Below, piece by piece: positions 29,439 through 37,821 of a stretch of 64,000 bases of DNA (position 1 is the first letter of the stretch; every line of letters begins with the position of its first letter). The stretch is from Candidatus Methylomirabilis sp. (lineage in GTDB: Bacteria; Muiribacteriota; Ozemobacteria; Ozemobacterales; Ozemobacteraceae): assembly GCA_020722725.1 (NCBI GenBank), contig DYKG01000001.1, positions 215,106 through 279,105 of the forward strand. The letters are read 5' to 3'. The translations under genes and the position numbers were made by a program. The notes beneath the pieces are model-generated. The model ran no database searches. It was given only the letters and a program-made list of their open reading frames with translations, and was not told the origin of the DNA.

Positions 29439-30948
29439 TTGCGGTGAGTGGAATCTCTTCTAGAGATAGAATTTCTCTCGGCAAAACCCAGGGTGGAAGA
29501 TTTTCCCTGAGAATGGATTGAATTTTATTCAAACAAACTTTTGATTGAGACACAAAAGCGACGATGCCTTCCGCCAGGCCCTCTTTAATCGGCCAGGCAA
29601 CTGTTGCCACGGTATCTACACCGCAAATCCTTCGCAATTGAGCATCCAATTCTTCAAGTTCAACTCGGTGACCAAGTATCTTAACCTGGTTATCAATTCT
29701 TCCCAGATGGTGAAATTCGCCGTTTTTATCTTCAAAAGCCAGATCACCAGTGAGATACCAGGTCATTGGGCCGTATAAGGGATGGTTGAGAACCTTTAAG
29801 CGTTTTGAAGTCAATGTCTCGTCTTCCAGATACCCCGAGGTTAGCTGTGGACCGGCAATGACAAGTTCTCCCTTTGCCGGGGCAGAAAGGAATCGTTTTT
29901 CATCATCGACAATCGCCATTCTCATTTCCGGGTATGGTTTCCCAATTGAGATGATGTCGCGGCCATTGGCAAGAAAAGAGTTATCTGAGAGCCGATGCAT
30001 TGAACATGCCACCGTTGCTTCGGTTGGGCCATAATGATTGTCAATTACACTGTTGGGAGCAGCTTTTTTCCAGGCCTTCGCAGAAGAAAATGGCAATGGT
30101 TCTCCACAAAAATAAGACACACGCAAAGATGGAAAGCAGCCTTCTTTCAATAGCCCAAGCCGGGTTAGAAAGGTTATTGCAGAAGGAACCGATGCCCAGA
30201 AAGTAAGCTTCTGCTGCTGAATGAACCTGGAGGGTGCCATGATCTGCGATGATGGAACCACATGCAAAGATGCCCCTGAGAACCATGTCAGCCATAAATC
30301 CAGAACCGAAAAATCAAATGAAACCTCAGAAAAATTTGAAATTCTGTCTTCTGAACCAATCTGATAAAGGGTCTGCATATAACCGATAAATTTATACAGG
30401 CTGCCGGTACGTATCATCACTCCTTTGGGAACGCCGGTGGTTCCTGAGGTGAAGATTATGTAAGCGATTTCATCGGCGCTCAAACTTTGGGGCTCACTAA
30501 TTTCCCGGGCATAGTTTCCCTGGCGGACATCGTTTGGCAGCAATGCCTTGAATTCATCTGGATAAAGAACCTTACAATTTGCTGGAATTTCAATTTCAGA
30601 AAGCTTTTTTACCCCGTTTTCATCAACAATTAAGGCTGTGGGGCTGGTTTGTTCGAGAACGCTTTTTAAGGATGCTGCAGAAGCTTTGATGCTGATTGGT
30701 ATGTAAGTCGCGCCCGCCCAGCAGGTTCCCAGAATTCCCGCATAGGTTTCAAGGGAGCGCGAAGCCAGAATTGCAACTTTAAATCCATTGCCGGGATCCT
30801 GAAAGACATTCCTTAGCCAGGCAGAAACTGATGAGGCATAAGCGCCAAGTTCGAAATAGCTGTATTCCTTTTCGTTGACAAAAAGTGCAACGTTGTCAGG
30901 GGTTGTTCGAGAATAGCGGAAAAATGGCATTGTGGGATTAAAATTCAT
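29353..30948 (-). CDS. AMP-dependent ligase / adenylation-domain protein (DltA-like carrier-protein ligase)
   Basis: IFTSGTTGVPKGV (A3 motif), YGPTE and GELVIAGPQLTSGY adenylation motifs. It is a stand-alone domain of 531 aa. Confidence 0.8.
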   Translation of the reverse strand: MNFNPTMPFFRYSRTTPDNVALFVNEKEYSYFELGAYASSVSAWLRNVFQDPGNGFKVAILASRSLETYAGILGTCWAGATYIPISIKASAASLKSVLEQTSPTALIVDENGVKKLSEIEIPANCKVLYPDEFKALLPNDVRQGNYAREISEPQSLSADEIAYIIFTSGTTGVPKGVMIRTGSLYKFIGYMQTLYQIGSEDRISNFSEVSFDFSVLDLWLTWFSGASLHVVPSSQIMAPSRFIQQQKLTFWASVPSAITFLTRLGLLKEGCFPSLRVSYFCGEPLPFSSAKAWKKAAPNSVIDNHYGPTEATVACSMHRLSDNSFLANGRDIISIGKPYPEMRMAIVDDEKRFLSAPAKGELVIAGPQLTSGYLEDETLTSKRLKVLNHPLYGPMTWYLTGDLAFEDKNGEFHHLGRIDNQVKILGHRVELEELDAQLRRICGVDTVATVAWPIKEGLAEGIVAFVSQSKVCLNKIQSILRENLPPWVLPREILSLEEIPLTANGKIDRKALVKLLSERSPNSDKSEPSAP

Positions 30949-31339
30949 TTTTTAAAATGCCTTTCGAACTTTAGATAAAAGCTTTGTATATTTACTTAAA
31001 GACGAATTGGAACCAGGCCGTCAAGGCGATAAAGAAGAGGTAAAAACATTCAATGGGCTTTCGTATAACATATCATGGTTAAACATTGGCAGCAATATTG
31101 TCAACTCAAGTTTGTCGGTGTCAGTAATTCCAGGCCAGGCATTATTTTCACTATAAACGGCCACATCAATTTGCATAATATATAAAAGCTCATTGACTAT
31201 TTCTCAAATGCGGGCATTTCGACAAGCTCAATGACCGCATTTTTTCGGTCGCTGAGGCAGCGTAGCTGGTCGAAGCGGTGTAAAAAATTTGATTTTTTCA
31301 ACGTCAGGTTTCGATCAGTTAACCCTGGAAATCAGGCAA

Positions 31340-31370
31340 ATAAAAAAGCTGCCGCGATTTCGCAGCAGCT
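31340..31370 (-). terminator. Rho-independent terminator downstream of the SPFH/DUF4339 gene
   Basis: On the minus strand: GCTGCTGCGAAATCGCGGCAGC hairpin followed by TTTTTTATTT. Confidence 0.45.
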
Positions 31371-31432
31371 GAACCAACTTAACTTAAAACTTTTTCGTCA
31401 ATAAGCCGTTTAACGGCTACCTTGAACCGGAA

Positions 31433-32569
31433 TTACATTGGAGGAGGCGGCGGAGGTGGGGTGTGCGCAAAGAGTCCGCTGAGATTCGGGACTTCTGCTG
31501 CTTTTTTCCAGCCATCCTGCCCGGCGGTCCAAACCATGGTTGCGGGGGTAAGCTGGCCATTGGCGGCCAAATTCTGTAGATCAGCCTGGCTGAACGGGCC
31601 CTGGGTCTGCCCGTTGACTGCGACATGCCACTGAGCTCCACCAGGAAGCGGAGGGGGGGCCATCGGAGCAGCCATTCCCGGATTCATCATGCCGGCCATT
31701 CCCATTCCCATTCCCATGCCCATGCCTACACCGGCTCCAGCCATGCCGTTGGGATTGGCGGCTGCGGTGTTGAGGGCATTGAGTCTTTCAATGGTGGCAT
31801 AGGCGTTAAGGCCCTGAGTATTGATCGAACCCATGGCATTGATTGCGTGTGCATCAGCCATCTTGTCAGAGATTTTATCGATGCGTTCCTGGGTCTTTTC
31901 ATCGAAATCGGTGTTTTCGATACGGAAATCGCTCATTTCAAAGCCAAGCGGTGCAAATTCAGCGGCTACCAGCTCGGTTAGCTTCTTAGACAGCTCAAGG
32001 CGGTGTTTGTCGATTTCGGCATAGCTAAAACCGGCTTCGGCGAAAACATCGGCCAGCGGGGTCATGATGCGGTCAACGATAACGTTGCGAACCGAGCTTA
32101 TCGGCACTGCTTCCTGGTTGCTGGCAATTTCGGTGAAGAATTTGCGAACATCGGTGATGTGGAACGAGAAATTACCGAAAGCCCGCATGCCAACCGGAAA
32201 TTTATAAACCGGGTCATTATATTTGATTGGGGACTTGGTACCCCATTTCTGATTCAGGAATTCAGTAATGCGAACGAAATAAATTCTGGCTTTGTGTTCA
32301 GACTGAAAGCCCTGCATGATTTTGCTGATGGTGGTCCAGAAGGGAAGGTTGGCGGTTCGCAGTTCGAACATGCCGGGGTAATCATGAATTGCCTTTACCT
32401 GACCTTCATAGATAAACACTGCTGCCTGACCGGGGTTGATGATCAGCTTGGAGGCGTTTTTCAATTCATCGGTGCTGCCCTGCCATTGCCAGATCAGCAG
32501 ATCAGGGTCGGCGTCGACCCACTCAATAACCGATTTGACCTGGCCCTTAACGAAATCCATAATTCCCAT
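31433..32569 (-). CDS. SPFH-like domain protein with C-terminal GYF-like (DUF4339-type) domain
   Basis: The N-terminal ~270 aa resemble the SPFH/virion-core-like family. Then come a (GM)n low-complexity run, a Pro-rich stretch and GQTQGPFSQADLQNLAANGQLTPATMVWTAGQDGWKKAAEVPNL (DUF4339/GYF-like). The last residues are a poly-Pro run. Confidence 0.55.
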   Translation of the reverse strand: MGIMDFVKGQVKSVIEWVDADPDLLIWQWQGSTDELKNASKLIINPGQAAVFIYEGQVKAIHDYPGMFELRTANLPFWTTISKIMQGFQSEHKARIYFVRITEFLNQKWGTKSPIKYNDPVYKFPVGMRAFGNFSFHITDVRKFFTEIASNQEAVPISSVRNVIVDRIMTPLADVFAEAGFSYAEIDKHRLELSKKLTELVAAEFAPLGFEMSDFRIENTDFDEKTQERIDKISDKMADAHAINAMGSINTQGLNAYATIERLNALNTAAANPNGMAGAGVGMGMGMGMGMAGMMNPGMAAPMAPPPLPGGAQWHVAVNGQTQGPFSQADLQNLAANGQLTPATMVWTAGQDGWKKAAEVPNLSGLFAHTPPPPPPPM

Positions 32570-32675
32570 GTTTAATTTTCCTCCCGCGAAATCAGATAAA
32601 ACCCGTACTTGAGAAGCAGGTTTTTAACAGTATAATGTTTTTTGTATAAAATTTACAATAGGTTGACGCAATAAT

Positions 32676-33263
32676 TTGAAAAGGAAGAAAAATATGGCAG
32701 TTCCCCAAATCAGCCTGCTTGAAGCAGTGAATCAGAAAAATTCAGAACTGGCGCTTGCTTTGATCGAAGCCGGTGCCGATGTCTGCCAGACCGACGAAAT
32801 TGGGGTAACCCCTCTGCATCAGGCAGGAAAATTCGGCATGATGGAAGTAGTGCATGCGCTGCTTGCTGCCGGCGCCAATGTTAATGCAGTGAACCGTGAC
32901 GGGGTAACCCCCCTGATCTGGGCTTCCGCCAGATCAAAACCGGAAAGTTTCAAAATTCTGCTTGAGCATGGCGCAATAATTACCTGCATAGATTGCGATG
33001 GCTGGTCGGCTTTTCACTGGGCCGCCTTTCGTGGTTGCCTGCCGATCGTCGAAATTTGCATCGCCAAAGGTTTGAAACCGAATCAGCCCGATAAAGATGG
33101 CTGGACAACTCTGCACCTGGCCGCCCAGCAGGGCTACCCGGATGTGGTCAAAGCATTACTGCATGCTGGTGCCGACAAGTCGCTGAAAAACGACAGTGGC
33201 CAGACCGCTGCCGATCTGGCCACTATGCAAAAACATGAAAACGTGACTGCTATTCTGCTCTGA
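32676..33263 (+). CDS. Ankyrin-repeat protein (about 5 repeats)
   Basis: Repeated G-TPLH-A-----G---vv--LL--GA--n motif (e.g. GVTPLHQAGKFGMMEVVHALLAAGANVNA). Confidence 0.85.
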   Translation: MKRKKNMAVPQISLLEAVNQKNSELALALIEAGADVCQTDEIGVTPLHQAGKFGMMEVVHALLAAGANVNAVNRDGVTPLIWASARSKPESFKILLEHGAIITCIDCDGWSAFHWAAFRGCLPIVEICIAKGLKPNQPDKDGWTTLHLAAQQGYPDVVKALLHAGADKSLKNDSGQTAADLATMQKHENVTAILL

Positions 33264-34143
33264 CCGCCGTTGTGCCATCCTGGGCGTCAAGATGCGAGAT
33301 TCCCGTGACTCTTGAGAATTCGCCGTCGCGAACCCAATTATCAAGATGCTTGGCACGCAGAATCAGAAATGGATGGGTCATTTTGGCTGAAATAAGCGCG
33401 GTATAGGTTTTGTTGATGAAAGAATAGTCGGTCGCTTCTTCAAAAGAGCGAATTTGCTTTAAGAATTCACCTTCATCCATTTCATCATAAAGCCTGGGTG
33501 AGCCGGCGCCCAGTTTCATGAACGAGCGGTTGGCCGATGTCTGGCTTTGAATGCAGATCAGCCCACAGCGGTCGCATGAAAGCTCAGATTTCCTTTCCCA
33601 GTCGAATAGTGCAAGTTGCAGCCCGGTGCTGAGAAGGCTGGACAGGCCGAGGGTCGCCGATGCGGCAATTTCAAGTACCAGTTTGAAATTTCGGGCCATG
33701 GTTTTGTAGAGAACGTGGCCGCATTTGATGTGTCCAAGCTCGTGGCCGAGAACGAAAAACAGCTCTTCGTCACCCATGGTTTCGACCAGGCCTGAGGTCA
33801 GAACGATGAAAGGCTTGGTGTGCCCGTAGGTGTAAGCATTTGGCATCGGATCAGTGGTGATGTAGAGATCCGGTTCATCCATGTCGAGAATGCGTGTGGC
33901 CAGACGCAGCATTTCACGCAGACGCGGAAACATTTTCCCCTTAACCTGCACGTTGCTGGCAAGGTTGGTAATTCTGAAAAACTGCTCGAAACCGTGTTCC
34001 ATCAGTTTGGAAATCAGGAATTCGAAGCCGGGAATTGCCTGCAACGTGCTTACGGCCTGGCGATCCCATGGGTGCTGAAAATCTTCTGCCTTCAGATTCG
34101 GGAAGGTGCGGAGTCGTCGTTGAAATATCTGTTCCTGTTCCAT
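33250..34143 (-). CDS. M48-family zinc metallopeptidase
   Basis: HELGH zinc-binding motif with a downstream Glu. The probable start is MEQEQ at 34143, with a GAGAGG Shine-Dalgarno 5 nt upstream. The ORF extends 18 nt further. Confidence 0.7.
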   Translation of the reverse strand: MEQEQIFQRRLRTFPNLKAEDFQHPWDRQAVSTLQAIPGFEFLISKLMEHGFEQFFRITNLASNVQVKGKMFPRLREMLRLATRILDMDEPDLYITTDPMPNAYTYGHTKPFIVLTSGLVETMGDEELFFVLGHELGHIKCGHVLYKTMARNFKLVLEIAASATLGLSSLLSTGLQLALFDWERKSELSCDRCGLICIQSQTSANRSFMKLGAGSPRLYDEMDEGEFLKQIRSFEEATDYSFINKTYTALISAKMTHPFLILRAKHLDNWVRDGEFSRVTGISHLDAQDGTTAVRAE

Positions 34144-34285
34144 GTTGCCTCTCTTAACCAAAGATGAATTACTGTCACTCTGACAGCATATAGTAGAATC
34201 ATCAGTTTTTCAAATTTAGCCGGATTGAAAGAATCGGCATAGCGTGTTAAATATTTATTCATCAGACAACCGTGGGAGATTTTTG

Positions 34286-35323
34286 ATGTCATCGAACCAC
34301 TCGGCTGTAGAAGAATCAAGAAAATTCGGCACTTTCGGCGGGGTCTTTACTCCGAGCATTCTGACCATTTTCGGTGTCATCATGTTCATGCGTGCCAATT
34401 ATGTCACCGGCCAGGCCGGGGTGCTTAATGCCATTCTGATACTTGTGTTGGCGCAGTCAATCACACTGCTTACCACCCTTTCAGTTGGAGCCATTTCGAG
34501 CAATATTCCGGTTAAAGGCGGCGGCGCATATTTTCTGGTTTCCCGGGTGCTGGGACCGGAATTTGGTGGCGCAATCGGCATAACCCTGTTTCTGGCACAG
34601 GTTGTTTCAATCTCGTTTTACATGCTGGGTTTTTCTGAAGCGGTGATTAAGGCATTCCCAGCGCTTGCGCCTTATTTCCTTCATATCGGCCTGTCAGTAT
34701 CTACAATTCTATTCGTGATAGCTATGATTGGGGCAGATCTTGCAATTAAGACCCAATATTTTATCATGGCGATTTTGTTTGCTTCGATTTTTGTATTTCT
34801 GGGTGGTGCTACTCAGAATTTTTCTATGGAGCGTCTTTATGAGAACTGGAAACCCGCCCCGGCTTATATCACGAAACACGGATTTTGGTGGCTTTACGCC
34901 ATCTATTTTCCATCGGTCACCGGTTTTATAGCTGGTATTAACATGTCTGGTGACCTGCGTGATCCGGGTGAAAGCATGGTGAAGGGAACCCTATATTCTT
35001 TGTTGGTCTGCTTCATCGTCTATTTTCTTGAAATAATCCTTTATGGCGGTGGATTTGCCCGCTCGTCACTGATCGATATGCCCTTTCGAACAATGGTAAA
35101 TAATGCTTTGTGGAATGCTGATTTTATGGTCATTGCCGGGGTTTATGCCGCTGCGCTTTCGAGTGCCCTGGGGCGTTTTGTTGGGGCTCCCAGAGTTTTG
35201 CAGGCCATTTCCAGCGATGAGATCATACCGCTTCTGCGCCCTTTTGCCAAAGGTTACGGGCCAAACAATGAGCCGAGACCTGCTTTGATCTTTTGTGGCG
35301 TTTCAACCATGAATAAGCTATGA
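34286..35323 (+). CDS. SLC12/cation-chloride-cotransporter-like APC permease, apparently truncated after ~10 transmembrane helices (possible pseudogene)
   Basis: A GGGAGA Shine-Dalgarno precedes ATG 34286. The N-terminus (FGTFGGVFTPSILTIFGVIMFMR) and FAKGYGPNNEPRPALIF match the KCC/NKCC FGHGKxNGEPTWALLLT loop between TM10 and TM11. The ORF stops right after it, and no continuation appears in any frame. Confidence 0.55.
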   Translation: MSSNHSAVEESRKFGTFGGVFTPSILTIFGVIMFMRANYVTGQAGVLNAILILVLAQSITLLTTLSVGAISSNIPVKGGGAYFLVSRVLGPEFGGAIGITLFLAQVVSISFYMLGFSEAVIKAFPALAPYFLHIGLSVSTILFVIAMIGADLAIKTQYFIMAILFASIFVFLGGATQNFSMERLYENWKPAPAYITKHGFWWLYAIYFPSVTGFIAGINMSGDLRDPGESMVKGTLYSLLVCFIVYFLEIILYGGGFARSSLIDMPFRTMVNNALWNADFMVIAGVYAAALSSALGRFVGAPRVLQAISSDEIIPLLRPFAKGYGPNNEPRPALIFCGVSTMNKL

Positions 35324-35536
35324 AAGCAATTCGAAAAGGTCGGTTATCAGACTGTAGATGCCGCCTCCGATAATCAATATCCAGAACGGCAGGCGATAGT
35401 TAAAGGTGTCAAAACGGTCGGTGGCCGGTTCTTCTTCGTCTGGCTCGTTTATTAGATGGCTCCAGTGTTTAAGCCCGTAAATGAAAAAACTTGCGAGCAG
35501 CACCAGAAAAAAGAAATTTAAAATTACGATCCACAT
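35318..35536 (-). CDS. Small two-transmembrane-helix hypothetical protein (72 aa)
   Basis: Two hydrophobic helices separated by an acidic loop. Low certainty that it is expressed. Confidence 0.25.
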   Translation of the reverse strand: MWIVILNFFFLVLLASFFIYGLKHWSHLINEPDEEEPATDRFDTFNYRLPFWILIIGGGIYSLITDLFELLS

Positions 35537-35571
35537 TATGCAATCAGCATAAGCTCAAAACGGGTCAAATT

Positions 35572-36888
35572 TCAACTGGTTCCCGCAGCGATTTCGATCA
35601 GCTCGGGAATGGTTATAAAACGATAGCCGTTGCTTTTGCAGGCATTGATCAAAGTCTGCAGCATGCCCGCCGCACCGGGGTGAATGTCGTGAAACAGAAC
35701 AATGCTGCCCGGGGCAATGGTTTTCATTACCCGATAAAGAATGCGGTCGGGGTTCTTGTTTTCCCAGTCGCGACTGTCGCTGTCCCACATTACTTCGTGC
35801 CAGCCCTGCTCGTGAATAAGTTTTTTAACTCTTTGAGAAGTGTGTCCAAAGGGGGGGCGCACGATCATGCATGGCTTGCCGGTCAGGCCGCTGATCAGTT
35901 CACTGGTTCTTTTCAATGAATCAATGGCTTCCGCCGTCGATGATTTGGCAAGCGATTTATGGTTCCATGTGTGGTTTCCCACCGCATGGCCCTGCCTGGC
36001 CATCTGGGCAATGAGGTCAGGGTAGGCTTCAGCCCTGGTTCCGATGACGAAAAACGTCGCCCGGGCCTGATTTTTTCTCAATATTTCCAGAATCTCCGGG
36101 GTGTAAGTGCTGTGTGGGCCATCGTCGAAGGTCAGGGCGATATAACGATCTTTGGCAGGGGCTTTAAGATCTGCGATAATCTGGGTGCATGAAGCCTGCG
36201 AAAGGGGGTTAAATGTCCTGGCAAAATTATTACGACCCGATTTTCCATAAACCGATTTATAACTAGTGTTTTTTTCAGGCCAGTCACCACCCGGATACAT
36301 TGGCTTCAGATCTATCTCATCGATAGAAACCGGGGGTTTGTAGCTGCCGACGCTCATCGGGCGCTGGACGCGGTTTATTGGCGGGTATGTGGGGTTGTAA
36401 CCCAGCTCGGAAAGCCTGGTGGCTGCTGATTGAAAGCCGGGGTTGAGCTGCAGGGCTTTCTTGAAGCATTTGCTTGCGGCGACGATGTTTCCCTCTTCTT
36501 TCTCTAAAAGTCCAAGATTGTAGTGTATCCAGTATGAGTTGGAAATGGCCAGCCCGGTTTGGAAAATCAGGCGTGCGTCACTGCGCCGGCCGAGCTGCTT
36601 GAGAGCTGAGCCGAGGTTGTTGTAAAGGTGAACGTAAGAACGATCTAATTCGAGAGCATATTGCCATAGTTTGATTGCATCTTCAATTCGCCCGGAGCGG
36701 GCGTACAGGATGCCCATCGAGTTGAGGGCGGGTACATCTCGCGGGTTTTGTCGGATTTTTTCGCGCAAAACATTGTAATCTTTCATCAGATCTGGTGGAC
36801 TGTTTTCTTCAAAACTGGCGGCCAATGCCGAATAGACTGGTGAAAGGACAAAAATTATCAGTAAAACAGGCAGAAATTTTCGCTTCAT
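35572..36888 (-). CDS. Secreted TPR-repeat + polysaccharide deacetylase (NodB/CE4 domain) protein
   Basis: Signal peptide, then 4-5 TPR units. The C-terminal CE4 domain carries the NodB motifs ALTFDDGPHSTYT, R.TFFV.G and HTWNH. Confidence 0.8.
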   Translation of the reverse strand: MKRKFLPVLLIIFVLSPVYSALAASFEENSPPDLMKDYNVLREKIRQNPRDVPALNSMGILYARSGRIEDAIKLWQYALELDRSYVHLYNNLGSALKQLGRRSDARLIFQTGLAISNSYWIHYNLGLLEKEEGNIVAASKCFKKALQLNPGFQSAATRLSELGYNPTYPPINRVQRPMSVGSYKPPVSIDEIDLKPMYPGGDWPEKNTSYKSVYGKSGRNNFARTFNPLSQASCTQIIADLKAPAKDRYIALTFDDGPHSTYTPEILEILRKNQARATFFVIGTRAEAYPDLIAQMARQGHAVGNHTWNHKSLAKSSTAEAIDSLKRTSELISGLTGKPCMIVRPPFGHTSQRVKKLIHEQGWHEVMWDSDSRDWENKNPDRILYRVMKTIAPGSIVLFHDIHPGAAGMLQTLINACKSNGYRFITIPELIEIAAGTS

Positions 36889-37065
36889 ATACCCTTAATA
36901 TCGGTTCTTGTACGCCTTTTGTCGAGCAACAAAATTATCTGACAAAAAAAGTTGTTATTTCTCAGAATTTTTATGCGTATAAATGTTAGAATTGTGCGAA
37001 ATTTATTTCAAGGGGCAAATTTATGAGAAAGTTCAGAAAGCCGGTCTTCACGCTATGCCAACTGC

Positions 37066-37197
37066 ATGCGATATAAAAATGACCCCGATCGGTTTGCCCG
37101 GGAACTGCAGAAAGCTGGTTATGCAACTGATCCTTCCTATGCTTCGAAGCTGATCAGCATCATGAAAAGTAACAATCTCTACGCTTACAATAATTAA
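37066..37197 (+). pseudogene. Remnant of a glucosaminidase-domain (FlgJ/endo-beta-N-acetylglucosaminidase) gene: only the last ~40 codons
   Basis: Translation MRYKNDPDRFARELQKAGYATDPSYASKLISIMKSNNLYAYNN* matches the conserved C-terminal end of the glucosaminidase (PF01832-type) domain (AGYATDPxYAxKLxxI). In-frame stops lie immediately upstream, and no catalytic part exists. Confidence 0.45.
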
Positions 37198-37211
37198 TTG
37201 GGAGTAATTAA

Positions 37212-37817
37212 ATGAAAAAGTTAACCATTGCCTTCCTGTTTGCTATTGCGCTTGGCTCGCCTGTAATTGCTGCCGAAAAGGAAATTCTGAAAAGTGCAAG
37301 CCTTAAACTTGATGTTGTGGGTGAACTCACTATCAATAAATTTAAAGCCGCTGATGCGGTTGGCGTGGAAATTCTCGATAAAGCAGGCAACAAACTTCTC
37401 GATATGCCCTCAATTGGAAGCACCGAAAAGATGTTCTCGTTTAATGATGCAGCTACTAGCCTCGCTGTGGTTGACCTGACCGGCGATGGTGTTGCCGAAG
37501 TCGTTGCCTCTGCGTTTTTCGGCCCCGGAAGCGCTCTTTATGTTTTCAGATTTGACTCTGAAAGCAAAAAGTTTGTGCCGATCAAGTTCGACGACAATAC
37601 TGACCCCGAAATGCACCGTGAATTCATGGTCTCAGACCTGCCGTCAGATGATGGAAAAGATATGGCGATTCTGCCCGACCTTACTTTGAAAGCCCGGGGA
37701 AAAATTTATCCCGCTTCTGCCGAAGATGATGCCAAAGAAGGCGAATATTTCTTCAAATACGCTGATGGCACTTTCAAACTTACCGAAACACGCTCAGCTG
37801 AACCTTTCGAAGAATGA
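37212..37817 (+). CDS. Secreted hypothetical protein (201 aa) with FG-GAP/VCBS-like segment
   Basis: Signal peptide MKKLTIAFLFAIALGSPVIAA, followed by VVDLTGDGVAEVVASAFFGPG. Confidence 0.45.
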   Translation: MKKLTIAFLFAIALGSPVIAAEKEILKSASLKLDVVGELTINKFKAADAVGVEILDKAGNKLLDMPSIGSTEKMFSFNDAATSLAVVDLTGDGVAEVVASAFFGPGSALYVFRFDSESKKFVPIKFDDNTDPEMHREFMVSDLPSDDGKDMAILPDLTLKARGKIYPASAEDDAKEGEYFFKYADGTFKLTETRSAEPFEE

Positions 37818-37821
37818 GCCT

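Noticed and set aside
31418-31445. G-rich run (gaggaggcggcggaggtggggtg) as a regulatory G-quadruplex or Shine-Dalgarno cluster
   Set aside because: It lies inside the coding sequence and is simply the antisense of the CCN codons that encode the C-terminal poly-proline tail of the SPFH/DUF4339 protein.
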